From positions 1-64,000 of the forward strand of contig JAXMOL010000042.1 of assembly GCA_034669905.1 (NCBI GenBank): 64,000 bases of DNA, read 5' to 3'. The first letter of the stretch is position 1. Each line of letters opens with the position of its first letter. Below, piece after piece: positions 28,692 through 39,486 of the stretch. The notes beneath the pieces are model-generated. The model worked only from the letters and a program-made list of their open reading frames with translations, had not been told where the DNA came from and searched no databases. Source of the stretch: Candidatus Hydrogenedentota bacterium (GTDB lineage Bacteria > Hydrogenedentota > Hydrogenedentia > Hydrogenedentales > JAEUWI01). The position numbers and the translations under genes were made by a program.

Positions 28692-29246
28692 AGGAGCCGG
28701 ATCGCGTGGCACGGGAGATGGGTTGGGTATGCCAGCCAGTTCGAAGCCAGGCGGGCGCACCGGGGAGCAAGCTCCCCATAGAAGAGCGACAGCAAGCTGC
28801 CGCACTCCAAAGGGGCGTCGCTCCGCAGGTCGGTGCGCGGTACACACCATCCGTGACTCCCTGGAGTGCGCAAGCTTGCTTGCGCTTTCGTCCAGCGAGC
28901 TTGCTCGCGTTGTAAGGCATTGTGATGCTGGGGCCATCTACAGAGACGGATTCGTGTCACGCGATGACGAGCCGTGCGAGTTTTCGTGTGCGTGGAGCAA
29001 CGCAGTCGGTGGCCATGGCGAAAGACCAAACTCGGGCATCCGTCCAGCCAAGCGGCGTTGGACGCCCGAATCCAACGATTCGTGGAGGCGCGTAAATTCC
29101 GTCCCTCCATGCACACGAACCGGCGGAGCCGGATCGCGTGGCACGGGAGATGGGTTGGGTATGCCAGCCATTTCGCAGCCAGGCGGGCGCACCGGGGACA
29201 AGCTCCCCATAAAAGTGCGACAGCAAGCTGCCGCACTCCAAAGGGG
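28692..29246. repeat. REPIN-like array 3 (right arm 28762-28809; doublet 28862-29240) with ~120-bp direct repeat
   Basis: Same arms as arrays 1 and 2; GGAGCCGGATCGCGTGGCACGGGAGATGGGTTGGGTATGCCAGCCA…CGCACTCCAAAGGGG present twice. Confidence 0.85.
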
Positions 29247-29298
29247 TGGCTTTGCTCAGGTCCGGTGGCCGAGCCGCATTGTTCGTGGTGCTTCCGAC

Positions 29299-30345
29299 TC
29301 ACACCACCGGCAGGTCTGTCACAGCCTCCTGCATATAGGCCTGTTCCGCGAAGGACGCCAGCAGCAGGCGGTCTTCATTGTTCAGCGTCGTGTCGCCCGA
29401 AACGGTGGCAATATTGGCATCGAGATCTTCGGGGACCGACACGCCGATGTTCAGCAGGTGGATGCGGGGGTCGTTCAACACCCAACGAATGGCCGACGCG
29501 GGCAGCTTCTTGACCTGCGCCTTGTCGAACTCCGAAACCAGCTTCCCGGCGTTGTGGCCAAAGATACTCGCGCCCATGACCTTCATGGCAAGGATGCCCA
29601 TGTTCAGTTCACTCGCACGGGCCACGCAGCGTTCGCGGTTGGCCAGGGATCGGTTCGAATGGCGGGTATTATATCCCTTATGGAAATAGCCGAACTCGAC
29701 CAGCAACGTGTCAAAGCCATCCGAATCAATGAGTTTGAACATCTCTTCAAAGCGGGAGTGGCCGGTGAGTCCCAGGTAGGTAAAGAGGCCCTCTTCCCGC
29801 AGCTTGACCAGCTCCTCCACAAAAGGCATGCAGCCGTCATAGCCCTGGCGTTCAATGACGGGGCCATGGAGCTGCATGGAGTCAATGCGGTCCATCTTGA
29901 GGGTGCGGAGTGAATCTTCCACACTCTTACGCACGTCTCCGGCCGAGCCGACCAGCACCTTGGAGGCGATGAACACCTCGTCGCGCACATCATGAATGGC
30001 TTCGGCAAAAATCTTCTCGCTGTCGCCATAGATCCGGGCCGTGTCGAAATAACGGAGTCCCTTTTCATAGGCCGTGCGCACCATCTTCACCCGGGCTTCA
30101 TAGTCCCCGCTGGCAATGCCGTAGTATTCGTCTTCCCGGGTCATGAGGGGCGCGCTGCCATAGGCGAGGATGGGCAACTCAATCCCGGTTTTACCAAAGA
30201 CCCGGGTGGGCATGTTACCCGTGCCCGTAATCTTTTTCGATGTGTCCGCCTGCTTCCCGTGGGCCGCACCAGCCGCCAGCACACCCGTAGCCACGCTCGC
30301 CTGAAGAAAGGCGCGCCGTCCCATGTCATTCGATGAGGTACTCAT
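29299..30345 (-). CDS. aldo/keto reductase with Tat-like leader
   Basis: MGRRAFLQ leader; YFDTARIYG, IASKV, QLHG, AMK motifs; AAGGAG RBS before ATG 30345. Confidence 0.85.
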   Translation of the reverse strand: MSTSSNDMGRRAFLQASVATGVLAAGAAHGKQADTSKKITGTGNMPTRVFGKTGIELPILAYGSAPLMTREDEYYGIASGDYEARVKMVRTAYEKGLRYFDTARIYGDSEKIFAEAIHDVRDEVFIASKVLVGSAGDVRKSVEDSLRTLKMDRIDSMQLHGPVIERQGYDGCMPFVEELVKLREEGLFTYLGLTGHSRFEEMFKLIDSDGFDTLLVEFGYFHKGYNTRHSNRSLANRERCVARASELNMGILAMKVMGASIFGHNAGKLVSEFDKAQVKKLPASAIRWVLNDPRIHLLNIGVSVPEDLDANIATVSGDTTLNNEDRLLLASFAEQAYMQEAVTDLPVV

Positions 30346-30525
30346 GCTTCCAGTCTCCTTGTGAGGTTCACCCATTACCATCATAGTGGCATGCTTTCCC
30401 TCCCGGTGCAAGCGGTTACACCCGCCCGGCTCAGTGTCAAAAGTCCCGTGCAGCATGTTATAGTATGCCCTTTCCCCCCACACAATCATGGGGCCGCCTC
30501 GGGTGACAGGAATTCCCCCCATCTC

Positions 30526-31926
30526 ATGAAGAAGTTTGACGATCAGCTTGTGAGCGGTAGTATTCTCCGCTCCGTTTGGAAATTGACCTGGCCCGCGGCC
30601 ACCTTGAATCTCGTGAACGGGATTCATGGTCTCGTGGATCACATTCTTATCGGCCACTACCTCGCCTCCCCCGACAACGCGGCGAATGCGGCCATTGGCG
30701 TGGCCTGGCAGGTCTTCCTCGTCATCGTCGTGTTTATCGCCTCGCTGTTTCATGGCATGAACGTGCTTATTGCGCGCTATGCCGGAAAACAGGACCGGGT
30801 CAGCATGAGTCGCGCTGCTTTCGAGTCCTTCCTGTCCGCGGTTATTATTCTCGTGTTTTTTTTGGCCCCTGTCGGCTATTTTATTTCCCCCCATCTGCTC
30901 GACCTCGTGCGGGCCCACGAGGATGTACGCCTCCTGGCCCTGCCTTATTTGCGCCTGCTCTTTGTTTGCGGGGCGCCCCTCTTCCTCATGTTCATGTTCA
31001 CTGGGGCTTTTCAGGCGTCTGGTGATCCCAAAACGCCCCTCGTGCTGGGTATCCTGACCACCTTCCTCAACGTGTGTATCAGCGTGGTGCTGATTACCGG
31101 CGCAGGTCCCTTCCCCGCCATGGGCATTATGGGGGCTGCGCTGGGTACCGTCCTGGCCCCTGCCGTGAGTGTGGCCATTTCCATGGTGCTCATTCTGCGG
31201 AAGAAGACGATTCTCCATCCGCCCGAGAAGTTTCACCTGTTGCCCGACCTGTCCGTCATGAAAACCGTCGTGCGTATCGGTATTCCCACCGGGATTCAGG
31301 GCGTTTTACTCAATATCGGTGGCGTGTTGCTCTTTCGCTTTCTTGGTTCGCTGGGGGACGAGATATCCGCTTCCGCCCAGGCGGCCTACACCATTTGCTA
31401 TGCCCAGCTCTTTTCTATCATCACCTGGACCTGCTTCGGACTCCGCTCCGCGGCGGGCACCATCATGGGGCAGAATATCGGTGCGGGTAATCCGCAACGG
31501 GGTATTCAGGGGGTACGGGTGGCCGCTTCCTTCGGTGCGGTCTGGGCCCTGCTGATTGGCACTATCTTCTGGTTTTTCCCGGCCGACCTGCTGGCCGTAT
31601 TCGGGGCGGTGGATGGCACCATCGTGGAAGTGGGCGTATCTCTACTGCGTTTCCTGAGTTTCTCGGGTATCGTGCTGGCCATTACCCTGGCGCTGACCGG
31701 CGGTCTGCAGGGGGCGGGGGAAACCAAGATGCCCATGTATATCGCCTTTCTGACCCAGATTGTGCTCTTGCTCGGTATCTGCGGATACCTGGACTGGCGC
31801 GGGGCGCTTACTCCGGACCGCGTCTGGATGGCCATTTTCATCAGCCATCTGGGTCGCCTGATTCTGACCTTACTCGTGTTCCGGACCGACAAATGGGCCC
31901 ACAAGAAGATCGAATTGACGTCCTGA
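30526..31926 (+). CDS. MATE family efflux transporter
   Basis: About 12 hydrophobic segments; GDPKTPL, MGIMGAALGT, GQNIGAG, GAGETKMPM. Confidence 0.9.
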   Translation: MKKFDDQLVSGSILRSVWKLTWPAATLNLVNGIHGLVDHILIGHYLASPDNAANAAIGVAWQVFLVIVVFIASLFHGMNVLIARYAGKQDRVSMSRAAFESFLSAVIILVFFLAPVGYFISPHLLDLVRAHEDVRLLALPYLRLLFVCGAPLFLMFMFTGAFQASGDPKTPLVLGILTTFLNVCISVVLITGAGPFPAMGIMGAALGTVLAPAVSVAISMVLILRKKTILHPPEKFHLLPDLSVMKTVVRIGIPTGIQGVLLNIGGVLLFRFLGSLGDEISASAQAAYTICYAQLFSIITWTCFGLRSAAGTIMGQNIGAGNPQRGIQGVRVAASFGAVWALLIGTIFWFFPADLLAVFGAVDGTIVEVGVSLLRFLSFSGIVLAITLALTGGLQGAGETKMPMYIAFLTQIVLLLGICGYLDWRGALTPDRVWMAIFISHLGRLILTLLVFRTDKWAHKKIELTS

Positions 31927-32037
31927 ATCCGTTGGAATTCGGGGTCATGCACGCTTTCGCGGGCCACGTGCTCTATACTATGCAGCGTAACAGGATAAAA
32001 CGGCGGTCTTGCACCGCGTGCGGGAGAATACTTGCCC

Positions 32038-33387
32038 ATGAAACTGGCAATCATTGGTACAGGTTATGTGGGCCTGGTTAGCGGCACGTGTTTCAGCGAT
32101 TTGGGACACGATGTGTTGTGTGTCGATATTGACCAGGACAAGATTGACGCCCTGAACCGTGGCGAGATCCCGATCTACGAGCCGGGCCTCGAGGAGATGG
32201 TGCACACCAACGTGGAGCAGGGCCGACTCTTTTTTACGACCGATATCAAGCGGGCCGTGGAAGAGTGCCTGGTGATCTTTATCGCCGTGGGCACGCCCCC
32301 CCAGGAAGACGGCACGGCTGACCTCCAATATGTGCTCCGTGTGGCCCAATCTATTGGCGAGCATATGAATGGGTATAAGATTATCGTGGACAAGTCCACC
32401 GTACCCGTCGGCACCGCACAAAAGGTCCGCGATGCCGCCCAGGGTGCCATAGACGCCCGCGGCGTGTCCTTCGAGTTTGACGTGGTCTCCAATCCCGAAT
32501 TCCTGAAGGAAGGCGCGGCCATCGAAGACTTCATGAATCCCGACCGCGTCGTCATCGGCTGCGAGAACGTCCGTGTGAAAGCCCTCATGGAGGAGATTTA
32601 CGCGAACTTCGCGCGCAACGGCCGACCGATTCTCAGCATGTCCACGGCCTCGGCGGAGATGACCAAGTATGCGGCCAACGCCATGCTCGCGACCAAGATT
32701 TCGTTTATGAACGAGGTGGCGACCATCTGCGAGAAGGTAGGGGCCGATGTAGACGATGTGCGGCGGGGTATTGGCTCCGACAGCCGCATCGGCTACCGCT
32801 TTATTTTCCCCGGTATCGGCTATGGGGGTTCCTGCTTTCCCAAAGATGTGAAAGCCCTTATTCAAACCGCCGTGGAGGTGGGAGCCGATGCCAGGCTCTT
32901 GCCCCAGGTGGACCTCGTCAACGAGAAGCAGAAGCGGGCACTTCTGGAGAAAATGAAGACCTACTACCGGGGCCAGCTCGCGGGGAAACGCTTCGCCATC
33001 TGGGGGCTTGCCTTCAAGCCGGAGACAGACGATGTGCGGGAGGCACCCGCCCTGGTAATGGTTGAGGCCCTGTTGAAAGAGGGGGCGACCGTGGTGGCCT
33101 ATGACCCCAAGGCCCGGCACCAGGCCCAACGCTATCTGGGGGAACACGAGCACATGGTCTATAGCGACCAATACTATGATGCGGTGGAAGGGTGCGACGC
33201 CCTCATCGTCGCGACCGAGTGGTCCTTCTTCCGGAACGTGGATATGACCCGTATTAAGGATGGGATGGCGGCCCCGGTGGTCTTTGATGGCCGGAATGTC
33301 TATTCCCTGGCCCACATGGAAACGATGGGATTCGATTACTTCTCCATCGGACGGGACCCGATCCTGGCCTACTCCAGCGGTCTCTGA
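32038..33387 (+). CDS. ugd: UDP-glucose 6-dehydrogenase
   Basis: IGTGYVGL, NPEFLKEG, GYGGSCFPKD, GLAFKPETDDVRE. Confidence 0.95.
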   Translation: MKLAIIGTGYVGLVSGTCFSDLGHDVLCVDIDQDKIDALNRGEIPIYEPGLEEMVHTNVEQGRLFFTTDIKRAVEECLVIFIAVGTPPQEDGTADLQYVLRVAQSIGEHMNGYKIIVDKSTVPVGTAQKVRDAAQGAIDARGVSFEFDVVSNPEFLKEGAAIEDFMNPDRVVIGCENVRVKALMEEIYANFARNGRPILSMSTASAEMTKYAANAMLATKISFMNEVATICEKVGADVDDVRRGIGSDSRIGYRFIFPGIGYGGSCFPKDVKALIQTAVEVGADARLLPQVDLVNEKQKRALLEKMKTYYRGQLAGKRFAIWGLAFKPETDDVREAPALVMVEALLKEGATVVAYDPKARHQAQRYLGEHEHMVYSDQYYDAVEGCDALIVATEWSFFRNVDMTRIKDGMAAPVVFDGRNVYSLAHMETMGFDYFSIGRDPILAYSSGL

Positions 33388-33708
33388 GCGCGGCGCTGGC
33401 CCGGGTGCGGCGTGTTTGTTATGCAGAACAGCTGATTTTGTAGAATTCCACGTGTTATTTGCTGGTGGCGTTTGCACATTATGTGGCGGTGGCTGGGGGG
33501 CATTTTTTGCGGGTTTTCCCACAAAAAACATCCTTTTGAGCCCTTTGGCTCTGGATTGCCTCATAGGGCTTGATGTACCATGGCCTACAGAATTCTTCCT
33601 GTTCCTGCCCAACTTCCCGGGCAGGGTATCACGCGATGGGAGGGTGCTATCCTCACACGGAGGAGCAGGAATTAAGAACCGCCCTGACTATGGAGGTGTA
33701 CTGGACCT

Positions 33709-34413
33709 ATGCGTTCTACACAAACTCTCGGCGGCCGGTTATCGACGACCGTCGGCAAAGAACTTATCGTCGGCGTGACCGGCATCCTGCTGGTTGTCTT
33801 TATACTTGGCCATCTCGCGGGCAACCTGCTATTGATAGCAGGTCCCGAAGCCTTTAATGGCTATGCAGAGAAACTGCACAGCCTGGGAGAGCTCATCTGG
33901 CTTGCCCGCATCGGCTTGATTGTCGCCTTCGTGGCCCACATCAGCATGGCCATATCACTGGCCCGCGCCAGTGCCGCCGCCCGTGGTACCCAGCGCTATG
34001 AAGTGGAAAAATCGGTCGGACGTAAGACCGCTGCAACCCGCCTCATGATTATCAGTGGGGTCACCATTCTTGCCTTTGTGCTCTTTCACGTCTACGATTT
34101 CACCCTCACCGGGGACCCCGAAGGCGATCGCTCCATCATCAACGATATCAGCGATACGGAAAGCATGGGGCTCTACGGCGTGGTATTTAATTCCTTCGCC
34201 AATCCGCTTCGGTCTATTTTCTACATCATCGCGGTTTGTGGCGTAGGGCTTCACCTCAGCCACGCCATCGCCAGTGTCTTATCGACCCTGGGCGTCTTGA
34301 CGGAGAAAAGCACCGACAAGGCCGAGTTGGCCGCCAAGGTCATCGGCGCCATCGTGGCCGTTGGTTTTTCATCCATCCCAATCTACGTGCTTATACGCGC
34401 CCAGATGCTATAG
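33709..34413 (+). CDS. sdhC: succinate dehydrogenase/fumarate reductase cytochrome b558 subunit
   Basis: Five TM helices with heme-ligand His (GHLAGN, AHI, FHV, LHLSH); precedes sdhA. Confidence 0.9.
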   Translation: MRSTQTLGGRLSTTVGKELIVGVTGILLVVFILGHLAGNLLLIAGPEAFNGYAEKLHSLGELIWLARIGLIVAFVAHISMAISLARASAAARGTQRYEVEKSVGRKTAATRLMIISGVTILAFVLFHVYDFTLTGDPEGDRSIINDISDTESMGLYGVVFNSFANPLRSIFYIIAVCGVGLHLSHAIASVLSTLGVLTEKSTDKAELAAKVIGAIVAVGFSSIPIYVLIRAQML

Positions 34414-34425
34414 GAGTCTAGCTTC

Positions 34426-36335
<1,910 letters not shown>

Positions 36336-36336
<1 letters not shown>

Positions 36337-37097
36337 TGGCTGGAAATACCATTAACGTGACCTTGAAAGTATGGCGTCAGGCCGACAAGAACGCACGGGG
36401 TGCCTTCGCCTCCTACAGCGTGAAGAATATCTCCACCGACGCCTCCTTCCTGGAAATGCTCGACGTGGTCAATACGGGCCTCGAGAAAGAGGACAAAGAC
36501 CCCATCGTATTCGACCATGACTGCCGCGAAGGCATCTGTGGCATGTGCGGTGCGGTCGTTAACGGCGTGGCCCATGGTCCCCAATCCGCCACGACCTTGT
36601 GCCAATTGCACATGCGCAAGTTCAAAGATGGGGAGACCATCGTGCTGGAGCCCTGGCGCTCGGCCGCTTTCCCGGTGATCAAAGATCTCGCGGTAGACCG
36701 CACGGCCTTTGACCGTATCATCGAAGCCGGTGGCTTTATCTCCGTCAAGACCGGACAGGCACCCGATGCCCATGCGGTCGCGGTCCCGAAAGTGAAAGCG
36801 GACGCCGCGATGGATGCAGCCTCGTGTATCGGCTGTGGTGCCTGTGTCGCAGCCTGTCCCAACGCATCAGCCAGTCTCTTCACGGCGGCTAAGATAACCC
36901 AGTTTGCCAAGCTTCCCCAGGGTGATCCCGAGCGTCGCCGCCGGGTGATGGCCATGGTGGAGCAGATGGACCACGAGGGTTTTGGCAGTTGTTCCAAGCA
37001 CTATGAGTGCGAAGCGGCCTGCCCGAAAGAGATCAAGGTGGAAAACATCACCAATATGAACCGGGAATACATGCGGGCCCTGGTGACCCGGGACTGA
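36336..37097 (+). CDS. sdhB: succinate dehydrogenase/fumarate reductase Fe-S subunit
   Basis: [34 protein letters not shown]. Confidence 0.96.
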
Positions 37098-37120
37098 GCA
37101 CGGCCCCATCCACAGTACAT

Positions 37121-37157
37121 GACGACCCGTTTGCAGCGAACTGCAAACGGGTTGTTC
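37121..37157 (+). terminator. terminator-like hairpin after sdhB
   Basis: ACCCGTTTGCAG-CGAA-CTGCAAACGGGT followed by TGTTCTATT. Confidence 0.65.
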
Positions 37158-37296
37158 TATTGTATTTGAGTGCGTCTGCGGGAGGCATATACAATCCGTG
37201 GAGAATAAGTGCATAATACCAAAACGAATCACGCTTCGGTACGCTGCGAAATGCTTCGTAGCCTGCCGAACGACTCCTCCTGGGTAGAGAGTGGTT

Positions 37297-39486
37297 GTGA
37301 CACCGTTGGACAGTGTGCTGGAGACAGATAAGTACCGCATCATACGGGAGCTGGGGAGAGGCGGCATGGGCGTCGTCTATCTCGCGGAAGACACACGCCT
37401 GAAGCGGGAGGTGGCCCTCAAGGTGCTCTACGAGCATCTCTACCAGAAGTCCTCCTTCGCCGAGCGTTTCCAGGAAGAAGCCCGCTCCGTATCCACCCTC
37501 CATCACCCCAATATTGTGTGTGTCCATGGGCTGGAGGTCGCCAACGGCTCCGTGGCTATCGATATGGAGTTCGTCGAAGGTCAGTCGCTCGACCAACTCT
37601 CAGCGAGTGCCCGCGTCTCTCCTCATATGGCCGTGTCCATTGCCCGCGATGTCTTGAGCGGTCTCGTTACCTGCCATCAGATTGGCATTGTCCACCGTGA
37701 TATCAAGCCCAGCAACATTCTTATAGCCCTCGATGGCACCGCCAAGCTTACGGACTTTGGTCTCGCGACGGCTTATGCCTCCCACCTGGAAGATACGGTC
37801 AAGGGAAATACGTCGACCGGCTTTTATATGGGCACGCCCCGGTACATGCCGCCCCAGGCCTGGGAGGGGGGCCGTCCGGAGCCCTTCTGGGACCTTTATT
37901 CCTTTGGCCTGGTGCTCTATGAACTGCTCACCGGTACCTTTGTGTTTTCCGGTGACAGCCCGATGGAGATCGTAAAAAAGCAGTTTACCGACCCCATACC
38001 GGACTTGCTTCCCGTTACGAAAGTAGCCTCCCCCGAGTTGGTCGAGGTGCTCGATGCCATGCTGAGGACGGCGCAGGAACAATCCCCCCGCGATGCTTCC
38101 GAAATGCTCTGCGCCCTGGAGCGGACACCGGAGTGTAAGGAACTCAGCACCAGCAATGGTTCGACGACGATTACCCTGCCGCCCATACGTCGCGCCACCG
38201 TGCGCGCAGGTGCCCGCTGGCGAAATGCCCGGCGGAGCCTGCAACGGAGCCGTGCCCTGCTGGGGGTGGTCTTGGCGTTGGTGCTCTTGATGGGCTTGGG
38301 AGTCTGGTTGCGCACGGTCCCCACTTCCGGTGCCGGGCCGATACCGCCGTCGGATTCGGTTGCGGTGACGCCCCATATGCCGACATTTTCCGAATGGGCC
38401 CGTGGCAGCCAAGCCTATGTCAATGGCCGCCTGCTGGCAGTGGATGGTGTGGAAGAGGCGGGGCGGTGGCAGATTACGTTGGATAGCGCGGGTGCGCCCC
38501 AAACGATTCTGGGGTATACCGACTCCGGGTTCTGGCTGGTGGATGTGCAATCAGACGTAGGTAACGACACGTGGCGAATCTCAGGAGGCTGGGCGCGGTA
38601 TGTGCAGCCTGACAGCCGGCGTATGCAAATGGGATACGTGCAGGGCCACCTGGTTTGGGAGGGGCGAAGCGACGCCATGTCGATCTCGATGAACTGCGTC
38701 AATGAGATGTCGAATGCCGAACACACCGTGCAACTGGTGCTGTTGCTCAAACAAGCCCAACCCGACGCATCCGATTTCGTGCGGAAAATGGAGTCAAACA
38801 GTCGGTTGCAGTACATGCTGTATACATCGTTGCTTGACCGCCCGATGGATTGGCCCCGACGCATAGAAGCCGTGATGCCTTCCGTCACTGGGGGGCGAAT
38901 TCTCGTGCCCCGGGTTGAAGGGGAGATTGTGCCCGATGGCCAACTGGCGGAGGAGCTCTGGTCCCGTAGTTACTACTTTGCTCAAGGGCGTATCGGGTAC
39001 CTGGCGGCCCAGGTCCCTGTCCGGGGCCCCCAACTCCTGGTGCGTTGGACCGAAGGGGAGGTCGTGCTGGGTGTCCACACAGAAGCACAATATCCCGGTT
39101 CCAACCTTGAGCTGGCCATCATGCCCTCCGTCGGTTCCGGCCTCGCAAGCGCCTATCACTTCTATGCGGCCTGCGACGAATCCGGCCTTTATCGCAAACG
39201 CTTTTATGAAAGTCGACGGGAGCGTCGATGGGAATCCGAATGGAATTTCGCGTGGGACATGGCCATGACCGTGGGAGAGCAGGGCACCGACGTGGAAATT
39301 CGTATCCCACGCAAGGCGCTGGAGACTATCGCACGGCCCGAAATTGGATCCCGGTGGCGTCTCAATGCCCGCTGGCGTACGGGTGACGCTGAGGATGCAT
39401 CGGATCTCATTGCGCAATGGGGCGATGAAGAGATCTTGATGCTGGAACATGGCGTACTCTTGGAGTTTACGGGAGCCTCCGAATGA
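37297..39486 (+). CDS. membrane Hanks-type Ser/Thr kinase 1 with extracytoplasmic CBM9/DOMON-like domain
   Basis: LGRGGMGVVY, VALK, HRDIKPSN, DFGLA, GTPRYM; one TM helix; C-terminal IVPDGQLAEELW…VEIRIP…WRLN; start GTG 37297 by alignment with paralog. Confidence 0.9.
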   Translation: MTPLDSVLETDKYRIIRELGRGGMGVVYLAEDTRLKREVALKVLYEHLYQKSSFAERFQEEARSVSTLHHPNIVCVHGLEVANGSVAIDMEFVEGQSLDQLSASARVSPHMAVSIARDVLSGLVTCHQIGIVHRDIKPSNILIALDGTAKLTDFGLATAYASHLEDTVKGNTSTGFYMGTPRYMPPQAWEGGRPEPFWDLYSFGLVLYELLTGTFVFSGDSPMEIVKKQFTDPIPDLLPVTKVASPELVEVLDAMLRTAQEQSPRDASEMLCALERTPECKELSTSNGSTTITLPPIRRATVRAGARWRNARRSLQRSRALLGVVLALVLLMGLGVWLRTVPTSGAGPIPPSDSVAVTPHMPTFSEWARGSQAYVNGRLLAVDGVEEAGRWQITLDSAGAPQTILGYTDSGFWLVDVQSDVGNDTWRISGGWARYVQPDSRRMQMGYVQGHLVWEGRSDAMSISMNCVNEMSNAEHTVQLVLLLKQAQPDASDFVRKMESNSRLQYMLYTSLLDRPMDWPRRIEAVMPSVTGGRILVPRVEGEIVPDGQLAEELWSRSYYFAQGRIGYLAAQVPVRGPQLLVRWTEGEVVLGVHTEAQYPGSNLELAIMPSVGSGLASAYHFYAACDESGLYRKRFYESRRERRWESEWNFAWDMAMTVGEQGTDVEIRIPRKALETIARPEIGSRWRLNARWRTGDAEDASDLIAQWGDEEILMLEHGVLLEFTGASE

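Noticed and set aside
30346..31236. Extension making a 645-aa AKR fusion
   Set aside because: Antisense to the MATE gene; RBS and leader support start 30345
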